Part shown: one piece after another, positions 40,808 to 49,764 of the stretch | Position numbering within the stretch: the stretch's first letter is position 1 | How the letters are laid out: each line of letters starts with the position of its first letter | Assembly: GCA_027623675.1 (NCBI GenBank) | Contig: JAQBVF010000018.1 | Span: forward strand, 13,356-77,355 | DNA from: Chloroflexota bacterium | GTDB lineage: Bacteria; Chloroflexota; Dehalococcoidia; Lucifugimonadales; UBA3495 | DNA length: 64,000 bases | Reading direction: 5' to 3' | Made by a program: the position numbers and the translations under genes | Notes under the pieces: model-generated | Databases searched by the model: none | Seen by the model: the letters and a program-made list of their open reading frames with translations, nothing else | Told to the model about the DNA's origin: nothing

Positions 40808-41848
40808 ATGGAATTTGCCCTTTTCTCACACGTACCCTGGCCCGAAGGGACCAACCCCAAGCAGGTCTACGATGACATCACCGAAGAGTTTCAATTAGGC
40901 GAAGAACTGGGATTCAAAAGCGCCTGGATGGCGGAGCACCATTTTACCCGCTACGGACTAGGCGCCGCGCCGATGGTGCTTGCCAGCAATATCCTGGCTA
41001 AGACCACAACCTTGCGGTTGGGATTCGCCGTTCTGGTATCGCCGCTCCATCTTCCGGCCAGATTGGCTGAAGAGGTTGCGACCTTGGATGTGCTGAGCGG
41101 AGGGCGGGTTGACGTGGGGTTCGGCCGGGGCGCCGCCGGGTCCGAGTACAACGTGGCCAATGTCCCCGGAGAAGAGAGCCAATCCCGGTTTCAAGAGTCC
41201 ATCACCATGGTTGAAGGTCTCTGGACGAACAGGGACTACAGTTTTGAAGGGCAGCACTACAAGATAACCAGGGCCAACCTGGTCCCGCAGCCGGTGCAGC
41301 AACCCCATCCGCCGATCTACATCGCCGCCACCCGCACCAAGGCGACCCAGGAATTCGTCGCCGGAACGGGGCACCCCCTGATCATCGGAGTGGTCCTGGA
41401 TACGGTGGACGCCCTGAACCTATGTCACACCATGGTCGGCCTGGCCAAGTCCAAGGGCAACAACATGACAATGGACCAGATCCCCTTCTTCCGCTATTTC
41501 TATGTGGCTGAGACGGAGGAGCAGGCCAAGGCCGACACTAAGGCGGCTCTGGACTGGAACATAGACATGATCCAGTGGCGGCGCACGTTTGATGTTGGCA
41601 GTGAGGTCTGGGAGAAGATGGAAGACTTCCGAAGAACCCGCACGGAGCTTCCGCCCAGCTACGAGTACCTGTACGAGAACCGGGCCTTCATCGGCGACCC
41701 GGACCAAATCACCGCCAAGATCAAAGCACTGCAGGATGAGGGTATCAACCTCTTTGGCTGCAACTTCTCATTTGGCGGTATGCCTCAGGACAAGGTGCTC
41801 AGGTCCATGAACCTATTCGCCAAAGAGGTCATGCCCGCGTTCAAGTAG
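40808..41848 (+). CDS. LLM-class flavin-dependent oxidoreductase
   Basis: AWMAEHHF, LAEEVATLDVLSGGR, GFGRG, PVQQPHPP; ATG at 40808. Confidence 0.9.
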   Translation: MEFALFSHVPWPEGTNPKQVYDDITEEFQLGEELGFKSAWMAEHHFTRYGLGAAPMVLASNILAKTTTLRLGFAVLVSPLHLPARLAEEVATLDVLSGGRVDVGFGRGAAGSEYNVANVPGEESQSRFQESITMVEGLWTNRDYSFEGQHYKITRANLVPQPVQQPHPPIYIAATRTKATQEFVAGTGHPLIIGVVLDTVDALNLCHTMVGLAKSKGNNMTMDQIPFFRYFYVAETEEQAKADTKAALDWNIDMIQWRRTFDVGSEVWEKMEDFRRTRTELPPSYEYLYENRAFIGDPDQITAKIKALQDEGINLFGCNFSFGGMPQDKVLRSMNLFAKEVMPAFK

Positions 41849-41858
41849 CTGGCCGGCG

Positions 41859-42153
41859 TCATAATTCCGGGCTTTCACTGCGGTTGGAATGCGAGAATGC
41901 TAGTATCTCGATTGAATCGGGGAGCGCCCGATAGTAAAGATGATATCGGAGTCGGCCTAAGTGGACTCGCCGGACGCCTTGCAGCGACGCATTGTCGCAA
42001 GGGCTCCAATGCCGGGATGCACCGAGATCAATTCAAGGCCTGTCGTAGGTCATCTCGCAATGCGAGCGGAGCGGCAGGCCGGTTCACCCGCCACCGATCC
42101 GCTGCCTCATGAATCCGCAAATAGGCGCTATGGGTAACTCTGATCAATGCCAT
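41859..42153 (-). pseudogene. ParE/RelE-family toxin pseudogene with two -1 frameshifts (not in ORF track)
   Basis: MALIRVT...WRVNRPAAP...LRQA / ELISVHPGIGALA / NASLQGVRRVHLGRLRYHLYYR...IEILAFSH...PEL*; 295 nt, restoring 2 nt gives 99 codons. Confidence 0.75.
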
Positions 42154-42161
42154 GATGACGG

Positions 42162-42355
42162 CTAAGAGATTTTCTGAATCACGTCATCGCCGTCAATCAC
42201 CTCACCCTTGTCAGCTTCAGAGATGGATTGAAGAAGGGCAGCCTCGTCCTCAGCCGGCAGCGTAAATTCACTCTCATCGGGGACCAAGATCGTGACGCTG
42301 GAACCTTCATCGAGCGGTTCGCCTTGTACGACCACTTGCCCTTGGTGATTCGCGC
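42162..42355 (-). pseudogene. Degenerate antitoxin remnant upstream of ParE-like pseudogene
   Basis: VVVQGEPLDEGSSVTILVP...EDEAALLQSISEADKGEVIDGDDVIQKI; no usable start codon. Confidence 0.55.
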
Positions 42356-42387
42356 GTCGAAAGTTTAGCCTCGGTCGCTCGCGATTT

Positions 42388-42798
42388 CTACGGGTGGGCC
42401 GGCAGGCGTTCTCCGTGGAAGCCGGAGCGGTCTTCGAAGGATGTTCCCGGCTCGGGGTAGACCTGGTGGTAGAGTCCCCTGGTGCGGGCTTTGATGGTCT
42501 CATTGACCCGCAGATATAGCTCTGTGGGGTGGGCGTTCTGGTCCTTGTACATCTCGCTCTGCAGCGGGCTGCCGTCTTCCATTTCCCAGATGCAAAGGTA
42601 CTGTAGGGCGTTGTTGCCGTCTTCCAGCTTGAAGCGGCGGGCGCTGACGTAACCGGGGATGGCCATGCGCTCGGGCAGGTGCTGTTCGTTGTACCACTTG
42701 TTGAATTCGGCTTCGTCGGCTTCATCAACTTCCATGGTCACCACTAACACGGTGTTGCCGATGTGCTGCGAGGGAGCGTTGCCGTTCCGTTGTGTCAT
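42388..42798 (-). CDS. Dimeric alpha-beta barrel protein (DUF4286/EthD-like)
   Basis: EAEFNKWYNEQHLPERMAIPGYVSARRF, YLCIWE. Confidence 0.75.
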   Translation of the reverse strand: MTQRNGNAPSQHIGNTVLVVTMEVDEADEAEFNKWYNEQHLPERMAIPGYVSARRFKLEDGNNALQYLCIWEMEDGSPLQSEMYKDQNAHPTELYLRVNETIKARTRGLYHQVYPEPGTSFEDRSGFHGERLPAHP

Positions 42799-42969
42799 TG
42801 TTCTCACCATCTCCAGTGATTTGAGAGTCATTTACGGGATTAACCAGCCTACCAAAATACCGGCTCGCCGGTTGCGGGCGGTGGAGGGGTAGTATACCAT
42901 TGGGCTGGAAATTTCAGGCGTATATTCAAGATTAACATCGAAGGTAAACGAGACCGGAAAGGGGTTTAA

Positions 42970-43452
42970 ATGAACCAGAAGGTCCGCCTAAAGGTCAACG
43001 GAACCGACCATGAATTGGACATCCCGGCGAGGCGTATGCTGGTTGATTGCATCCGCTATGACATTGGCCTCACCGGAACCAAAGAGGGGTGCAGCGTTGG
43101 CGTTTGCGGCGCATGCGCGGTGTTGGTCGACGGCGAGATGTTCGCCTCTTGCATCACTCTGGCGGCCGCGGTGGACGGCTCGGAGATCACCACCATTGAG
43201 GGCATCGCCGAGAATGGAAACCTTCACCCCGTGCAGCAGGCGTTCATCGACAATGGCGGGTTCCAATGCGGCATCTGCACCCCCGGCCAGGTCATCGCCG
43301 CAAAATCGTTGCTGGATGAGAACCCCAGTCCCACCGAAGACGAGATCAAAGAGTGGATGATGGGGAACCTTTGCCGGTGCACCGGCTATTACGGCATCTT
43401 GAACTCGGTTGCCGCGGCTGCCCGGGATATGAAGGATGGGGCCGGGCGATGA
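42970..43452 (+). CDS. [2Fe-2S] subunit of xanthine oxidase/CO dehydrogenase family (CoxS-like)
   Basis: GCSVGVCGAC, QCGICTPG, NLCRCTGY. Confidence 0.92.
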   Translation: MNQKVRLKVNGTDHELDIPARRMLVDCIRYDIGLTGTKEGCSVGVCGACAVLVDGEMFASCITLAAAVDGSEITTIEGIAENGNLHPVQQAFIDNGGFQCGICTPGQVIAAKSLLDENPSPTEDEIKEWMMGNLCRCTGYYGILNSVAAAARDMKDGAGR

Positions 43453-44339
43453 TTGATTTCGAGTATCACCATCCCACCAGCCTGGACGAGGTGTTTGGGC
43501 TATTGGACCAGCACGGTGAAGACGCCCGGGTTCTGGCCGGCGGCACCGCTTTGGTGATTCAGATGAAACAGCGGTTGCTCCAGCCTTCCCACGTAGTAGG
43601 ACTGCGGCGGGTTTCCGGTCTCAACACCATTGAGTCCACGGCCGACGGAGTAAGGATCGGCGCCCTCTGCACCCAACGCCAGATCGAGAACAGCCCTGTG
43701 ATCAGGGACGAACTGCCCTTGTTGGCCGCGACGTTTCGGAAAGTTGCCACGCCCCGGATCCGCAACATGGCAACCGTCGGCGGCGGCTTGGTCAACGGCG
43801 ACCCCAACCAAGACCCGCCCCCCTCGCTGATCGCCCTGGGAGCTTCAGCGGTGTTGAACTCGAAGAGCGGTGACCGGGTCGTTCCTCTGGAAGATTTCTT
43901 CATCGATTACTATGAAACCGACGTTCAGCAGGGCGAGGTGCTGACCAGCGTTCTGGTCCCCCGGGCTCCCGCCGGTTCGGGCTCGGTTTACCTGAAATTT
44001 CTGCCCCGGACCGCCGATGACTACGGCACGGTTTCCGTGGCGGCAGTGGTCTCCAAAGAGCAGGACGGCTCCTGCAAGGACGTCCGTATCGTGCTCGGAT
44101 CGGCAGGTGTTACACCCATCAGGGCCACCGGCGCGGAAGACGCCCTGCGGGGAAAGCCTCTCACCGACGAGAATATCCGGGCGGCGGCCTCTCTGGTGAA
44201 AGACGCTGTTGACCCTTTGGATGATTTTAGGGGCTCGGCCGAGTACAAGACCGACATGGCCGTGGTCTTCGCCCGCCGCGCCTTGGAACAGGCCATGGCG
44301 GCCATCCCATCTAACCCCTCAGGCTCGGCAAGGGTCTAG
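43449..44339 (+). CDS. FAD-binding subunit of xanthine oxidase/CO dehydrogenase family (CoxM-like)
   Basis: FEYHHP, LAGGT, IRNMATVGG, DDFRGSAEYK; ATGA overlap with CoxS-like gene. Confidence 0.9.
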   Translation: MIDFEYHHPTSLDEVFGLLDQHGEDARVLAGGTALVIQMKQRLLQPSHVVGLRRVSGLNTIESTADGVRIGALCTQRQIENSPVIRDELPLLAATFRKVATPRIRNMATVGGGLVNGDPNQDPPPSLIALGASAVLNSKSGDRVVPLEDFFIDYYETDVQQGEVLTSVLVPRAPAGSGSVYLKFLPRTADDYGTVSVAAVVSKEQDGSCKDVRIVLGSAGVTPIRATGAEDALRGKPLTDENIRAAASLVKDAVDPLDDFRGSAEYKTDMAVVFARRALEQAMAAIPSNPSGSARV

Positions 44340-44343
44340 CGGC

Positions 44344-44802
44344 GTGAAGCTGGAGATACGATCGGTGGTGCCCGCCAGCCGCGAGGCTACTTGGGCTGCG
44401 GTCATGGACATCCCCAAGGCCGCCGGCTGCATCCCTGGGATAAAAGAGGTAACACCCGACGGCGAAGGACGCTACCAGGCCACATTGCAGGCCAGGGTCG
44501 GCCCGATGGGCATGAACCTGAGCGGCACCATCACCGTTCTGTCTCAGGACGCCGAGTCGGGTGAGGCCGAATTCTTGGTCGAGGCCAATGACCGGCGGGT
44601 CGGAGGCGGGGTCAAGACCAGCATGACCATGAAAGTGACCGCCCGGCCGGACGGCGAGACGGATTTGGAGATTGTCAGCGACACCACCTTCATGGGCCGG
44701 TTGGGCGAACTGGGCCAGCCTCTGATCCGCAGGAAGGCCCGCAACACGTTGGAGGACTTTTCCAAGAACCTGAGCAAGCTGCTGGCGGCGGAGTCCTCGT
44801 AG
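44344..44802 (+). CDS. CoxG-like SRPBCC protein
   Basis: W..VMD....AGCIPG, RVGP, GRLGELGQPLI. Confidence 0.8.
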   Translation: MKLEIRSVVPASREATWAAVMDIPKAAGCIPGIKEVTPDGEGRYQATLQARVGPMGMNLSGTITVLSQDAESGEAEFLVEANDRRVGGGVKTSMTMKVTARPDGETDLEIVSDTTFMGRLGELGQPLIRRKARNTLEDFSKNLSKLLAAESS

Positions 44803-44877
44803 CAGCCCAGTGCCCCGCTTCCATCTTCTTATCCGCTGCAACCCCGGATTAAAGGGTTCTTAGACCAGTCCTTTTCG

Positions 44878-44907
44878 TTGACACTGAATTTCATCGGTTC
44901 CTATACT
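44878..44907 (+). promoter_or_regulatory. Sigma70-type promoter for glmS
   Basis: TTGACA-N18-TATACT. Confidence 0.65.
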
Positions 44908-45031
44908 GTTTTAAGACGCTTTTCGTTTCCCGGCCCCCGGTTCCTAGACCGGGACCTTGACCCGGTAGGGAGCGTTGGCGCGGTCGAATCGATTCTGCGG
45001 CTCAGCGCTTCGTGCGTTGCCGGGAGGGCCT

Positions 45032-46894
45032 GTGTGCGGCATCGTAGGGTACGTTGGGGGACAAGAAGCCTGGCCAATCATTTATGAGGGGCTGAGACGG
45101 CTTGAATACCGGGGCTACGACAGCGCCGGGATCGCTGTTGTCGATGCCAACGGCGACATCCAACTGCGTAAGACCGTTGGCAAGGTCAACGGCTTGGATG
45201 GTGATGGCGTCGGCTCACACCTCAAGGGTACGATTGGACTCGGCCACACCCGCTGGGCGACTCACGGGCGTCCTTCCCACGAGAATGCCCATCCCCATAT
45301 CGACTGCGAGCAACGCGTTGCCGTGGTCCACAACGGCATCGTCGAGAATTACCTAGAACTGAAACGCCGTCTGATCGGCGATGGCCACGTGTTCGAATCG
45401 GACACCGATACCGAGGTCCTAACCCATCTGGTTGAGGAGGGCATGGACCGGGGCCTGAGCTTTCAGGAATCGTTCCGGCGCATGGGCCGCATGGTCAAGG
45501 GCTCCCAGGCCATATCAGCCATCAACCAGGGCGATGCCGCCGAGATCTGCGCCCTCCGCTTGGGCCATGCCGGCGGCATCGTGGTGGCCCAGTCAGAAGG
45601 CCAGGCGATCATCGGTAGCGACCTGCCGGCATTGTTGCCACTGCTCCATACCGCGTCCAACACGGGTCAGGTTGGCTTCTTGGAAACGGGCGAGATGGTG
45701 GTGGTTACCCCCAGTGGCGTGGAATACCAGGATTTGGAAGGCAACCACATCGACAAGCAGCCCCGGATGGTCACCCAGGAAGAAGTGCTGGTGGACAAGG
45801 CGGGATACCAGCATTTCATGTTGAAAGAGATCATGGAACAACCCCAGGCGGTGGCCAGCGCCATCCGCGAGCGGGTCAACTTTGAGACCCGGCGGGTGGT
45901 ATTGCCCGATTTCCCGTTCTCATCCCAGGAGATCGCCGAACTGGACCGGGTGATGCTCATCGGCTGCGGCACCAGTTTGAACGCCGCGCACGTGGGCCGT
46001 ACCTTGGTGGAGCGCTACGGCGGTCTGCCCGCTGAGGCCGAAAGCGCGTCCGAGTTCCGCTACCGCAACCCCTACATCGGTCCCCGCACTTTGGTCGTGT
46101 CCATCGGCCAGTCGGGCGAGACCGCCGACACCGTGGCCGCCATGCAGATGGTCAAGGAGAAAGGCGGCAAGTTAATCACCATCTGCAACTCCGAGGGGAG
46201 CCAGGCGTCGCGCATCGCAGATGGCACCCTATACATGCGGGCCGGTCTGGAGATCGGCGTCGCCAGCACCAAGACCTTCGTGGCTTCGTTGACCATCTTG
46301 AACCTATTGGCCATTTTCCTGGGCCAGTCCAGAGGCGTTTTGGACACGGCCAAGACCCACGAATTAGTGGACGGCCTGGCCCAGATGCCCAGGCTGATCG
46401 GAGACCTGTTGGCCGACAGAGCGGTCTACCAGCTTCTGGCCGAGGAGTACGCGGGCTTCAACAATTTCTTGTTCCTAGGCCGGGGACTGAACGCGCCCAT
46501 CGCCTCCGAGGGGGCATTGAAGCTGAAAGAGATCAGCTACATCCATGCGGAGGGCTACCCGGCCGGGGAGATGAAGCACGGGCCCATCGCCCTCATCGAC
46601 AGCGCCATGGCCACTGTTGCCCTGGCGCCCAAGGACTCACTGTACGACAAGGTTGCCAACAACGTGAAAGAGGTCAAGGCCAGGGATGGCCGGGTCCTGG
46701 CCGTGCTTACCCAGGGAGATGTGGACCTGGCGGCCGAAGTGGACGACGCCATCTACATCCCAGAAGCTCCCGAGCACCTGATCCCGCTGTTGCTCACCGT
46801 GCCGCTGCAATTGCTGGCCTATCACATAGCCTTGCTGCGGGACCGGGACGTTGACCAGCCTAGAAACCTGGCCAAGTCCGTCACTGTCGAGTAA
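45032..46894 (+). CDS. glmS: Glutamine-fructose-6-phosphate aminotransferase
   Basis: (M)CGIVG, LEYRGYDSAG, GHTRWATHG, QSGETADT, LKLKEISY, PRNLAKSVTVE; GTG start after GGGAGG. Confidence 0.96.
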   Translation: MCGIVGYVGGQEAWPIIYEGLRRLEYRGYDSAGIAVVDANGDIQLRKTVGKVNGLDGDGVGSHLKGTIGLGHTRWATHGRPSHENAHPHIDCEQRVAVVHNGIVENYLELKRRLIGDGHVFESDTDTEVLTHLVEEGMDRGLSFQESFRRMGRMVKGSQAISAINQGDAAEICALRLGHAGGIVVAQSEGQAIIGSDLPALLPLLHTASNTGQVGFLETGEMVVVTPSGVEYQDLEGNHIDKQPRMVTQEEVLVDKAGYQHFMLKEIMEQPQAVASAIRERVNFETRRVVLPDFPFSSQEIAELDRVMLIGCGTSLNAAHVGRTLVERYGGLPAEAESASEFRYRNPYIGPRTLVVSIGQSGETADTVAAMQMVKEKGGKLITICNSEGSQASRIADGTLYMRAGLEIGVASTKTFVASLTILNLLAIFLGQSRGVLDTAKTHELVDGLAQMPRLIGDLLADRAVYQLLAEEYAGFNNFLFLGRGLNAPIASEGALKLKEISYIHAEGYPAGEMKHGPIALIDSAMATVALAPKDSLYDKVANNVKEVKARDGRVLAVLTQGDVDLAAEVDDAIYIPEAPEHLIPLLLTVPLQLLAYHIALLRDRDVDQPRNLAKSVTVE

Positions 46895-46957
46895 GGCGCT
46901 CGGCGCCATTCCCCATAAACCGCTGCCGCGCTCCCTTTTTCACAGTTGGTGTATTCA

Positions 46958-47156
46958 CGCAGGTCAAGTTGAGTGGATACCCGCATGACCGCGCCCGGCC
47001 GACGTGGGACCATGAGTTGTAAGAATCTCAATCGGCGTTTCACTACAGGCCGATAAGGAGACAGCTATAGGCAACAAGCAGGCTCCAACTCTTTACGGGT
47101 CCGGATAAGGCTAAGAACGAATCCGGCGTGTATCCATTCGGGCTGCCTGGTTTGCG
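46958..47156 (+). ncRNA. Candidate ~200-nt rod-like structured RNA (6S-like architecture, unconfirmed)
   Basis: Nested helices 46958-66/47148-56, 46971-84/47126-39, 47007-11/47098-102, 47014-19/47086-91, 47026-36/47049-61 in an intergenic gap lacking a credible ORF. Confidence 0.35.
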
Positions 47157-47308
47157 GTATGCAAGCGCCGAGATTCAGCAACACTCGCCGGATAGAGGAT
47201 TGCACTAAGGCCACCACGGTGTAATCATGTTTTTACCTTAGCTTTAGAAATCTAATCACTTTCCGCCATCCTAATGGATTCCCGGGACCGGAAAAGGACA
47301 GATTACAG

Positions 47309-48601
47309 ATGTTTTCCAGGCTCGACCACCCACCGGTATCTTTCGACGACTACCGCCCGCTGCTTGATCCGAAACTGGCCGACGAACTGGCCAACACCGC
47401 TAAGCAGATGGGCCGGTTGCGCGTGTTGCATCTGAACAGCACGGCCACCGGCGGCGGAGTTGCCGAGATACTTCAATCCATGGTCCCGCTGGGCAATTCT
47501 TTGGGCGTGGAGACCGAAAGGATCGTGATCAACCCGGACGCCGCTGAGTTCTTCCAGGTCACCAAGAAGATTCACAACATGCTGCAGGGCGCCGAGGGGT
47601 CCCTGTCCCCGCAAGAACTGGACATCTACATGAGTTGCATCCAGAGAGTGGCCGACGACATGCAGGCCAAGGCGCTATCGGCGGATGTCTGGTTCGTGCA
47701 CGACCCCCAGTTGCTCCCTCTGGCCAGATTGCTCCCTAAGAAAGACGGTGAGGTCTGGATCTGGATCTGCCACATCGACCTGACGACTCCCAATAAGTCG
47801 GTGCTGGATGCCCTGATGCCGCTGACGCAGGACTATGACCAATTGATCTTTTCCCAGACCGCCTATGTTCCCGAAGATCTGGGAAGCAAAGTGCCGGTGC
47901 TGATCGCGCCGCCGGCCATCGACCCTCTGACCATCAAGAACACGCCGATGGACCTGCCCCAAGCCCGGAAGATCGTCCAGGCCATGGGCATCGACACCGA
48001 ACGGCCACTGATCACCCAGGTCTCGCGGTTCGACCTCTGGAAAGACCCCTGGGGCGTCATCGACGCCTACCGCATCGCTAGAAAGTCGGTGCCGGGTCTG
48101 CAATTGGCCCTCTTGGGCTTGGTCCAAGCCACCGACGACCCGGAAGCGCTGGAAGTCTTGAAGACCGTGGCCGACCATGCCGAGGGCGACCCCGACATCC
48201 ACATGTACTTTGACCCCAAAGATATGCCGGTCTCGGTGGACGAGGTGGTCAACGCCGTCCAGATGGCCTCCCAGGTGCTGATGCAGAAGTCCACCAGGGA
48301 AGGGTTCGGACTTACCGTCACCGAAGGCATGTGGAAGGGCAAACCGGTCATTGGCGGCGACGCCGGTGGCATTCGCGTCCAGATCGATGACGGAGTCAGC
48401 GGGTTCCTGGTCTCCTCCCCGGAGCAGTGCGCCCAGAGACTGGTGGAACTGCTGCAGGACCAGGCCCTCAGCGCCCGCATCGGACAGGCGGCGAAAGAGA
48501 GCGTTAGGAAGCAATTTCTGCTGCCTCGCCTGGCCCTCGATTACCTGAAGACCGCTTTGTTTCACGCAACCGGTCAGGTATCGGCGGTCGGCGGCGACTA
48601 G
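47309..48601 (+). CDS. GT4 glycosyltransferase, trehalose synthase TreT-like
   Basis: HLNSTATGGGVAEIL, TKKIHNMLQG, HDPQ, CHID, SRFDLWKDP, QKSTREGFGLTVTEGMWK. Confidence 0.85.
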   Translation: MFSRLDHPPVSFDDYRPLLDPKLADELANTAKQMGRLRVLHLNSTATGGGVAEILQSMVPLGNSLGVETERIVINPDAAEFFQVTKKIHNMLQGAEGSLSPQELDIYMSCIQRVADDMQAKALSADVWFVHDPQLLPLARLLPKKDGEVWIWICHIDLTTPNKSVLDALMPLTQDYDQLIFSQTAYVPEDLGSKVPVLIAPPAIDPLTIKNTPMDLPQARKIVQAMGIDTERPLITQVSRFDLWKDPWGVIDAYRIARKSVPGLQLALLGLVQATDDPEALEVLKTVADHAEGDPDIHMYFDPKDMPVSVDEVVNAVQMASQVLMQKSTREGFGLTVTEGMWKGKPVIGGDAGGIRVQIDDGVSGFLVSSPEQCAQRLVELLQDQALSARIGQAAKESVRKQFLLPRLALDYLKTALFHATGQVSAVGGD

Positions 48602-48829
48602 GCCTTATCCATTTATCGCGCCCCCACCCGCCTAACCTTTCTTTTGGGTTTCAGGTCTCCTGGGTCTCAGGTCTCCGCGATACTTGGCCGCTTGTATCCC
48701 TAGCTGTCCGCGCCCTCAGTTGCCGAATATTTGGTGATAGAGTAGAGTCTGTTTCGCGGCCTGATCGGGCCTCGATCCAGCGTTTCATTCCGGATTCGTT
48801 CGGCAGCACAAGGGACCACCAAGGTAGGG

Positions 48830-49750
48830 ATGAGAATAGTCCGCGTTAAAGCCCCCGCCACCACCGCCAACATGGGCCCTGGGTACGATTGCCTTGGCCT
48901 GGCCCTGGACGTTTGGAATACCATCGAAGTCGAAACCGTTCCCGGCGGCGAACCTACGGTCGAGGTTACGGGCGAGGGCGCGGGCGAGTTGGGAGAGGGC
49001 CGGGACAACCTGGTCTACCGGTCAATGGAATTTCTGTTCCGGGAGGCGGACCAAGACATGCCCCCGGTCCAGGTCCGTTGCAACAATGAGATTCCCCTGG
49101 CCCGGGGCATGGGCAGCAGCGCCGCAGCCATCGCTGGTGGTCTGGTGGCGGCCAACGCCATCTGCTCCCAGAATTTCTCGGCCAACGACCTGCTGGAGAT
49201 GGCGGCAACCATCGAGGGCCACCCGGACAACGTTGCGGCGGCGGTCATGGGCGGGATGCAGCTGGTCATCGTGAACGAAACCGATGAAGGCCGTCAACTT
49301 TACACCGTGCCGATCAACGTGCCGCCCGAGCTGCATGCGGTGGTTTTTGTCCCCGACGTGAGGATAGCCACGGAGGACGCACGGGCCGTATTGCCGGAAA
49401 AGGTGTCCATGGCCGACGCGGTACATAACATGGGCCGTGTTGGGCTTCTGGTGGCCAGTATGGCGACCAATCACCCCGAATACCTGGCCGTGGCAACCCA
49501 GGACCGGCTGCACCAACCCTACCGCCAACCCCTGTTCCCCGCCATGAAAGTGATATTCAAAGCGGCCACCGATGCGGGAGCGCTGGGGGTTTTCCTGTCG
49601 GGAAGCGGCTCCACCGTGCTGGCCCTGACCCAAGGGCGGGAGATGACGGTGGCTTACGAGATGGCTGAAGCGGCACGGCAGGCGTCTGTCGAGGGCAAAG
49701 TGAGCGTCACCCAGCCGACGGTGCGCGGCGCCCACCTGATCGCCGGGTAA
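48830..49750 (+). CDS. thrB: Homoserine kinase
   Basis: PATTANMGPGYD, PLARGMGSSAA, EGHPDN, DRLHQPYR, SGSGST. Confidence 0.95.
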   Translation: MRIVRVKAPATTANMGPGYDCLGLALDVWNTIEVETVPGGEPTVEVTGEGAGELGEGRDNLVYRSMEFLFREADQDMPPVQVRCNNEIPLARGMGSSAAAIAGGLVAANAICSQNFSANDLLEMAATIEGHPDNVAAAVMGGMQLVIVNETDEGRQLYTVPINVPPELHAVVFVPDVRIATEDARAVLPEKVSMADAVHNMGRVGLLVASMATNHPEYLAVATQDRLHQPYRQPLFPAMKVIFKAATDAGALGVFLSGSGSTVLALTQGREMTVAYEMAEAARQASVEGKVSVTQPTVRGAHLIAG

Positions 49751-49764
49751 ACATACTTCCAACC

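Noticed and set aside
42162..42728. 188-aa ORF from the ORF track
   Set aside because: Chimeric: its 5' part is an alternative frame of the DUF4286-like gene and only the 3' end is the antitoxin remnant.
42970..44802. Bona fide aerobic CO dehydrogenase
   Set aside because: The diagnostic large subunit is absent from the window, so substrate cannot be assigned.
44914..45031. Canonical glmS ribozyme
   Set aside because: Lacks the AGCGCC cleavage-site motif and GACGAGG core; kept only as an unassigned structured leader.
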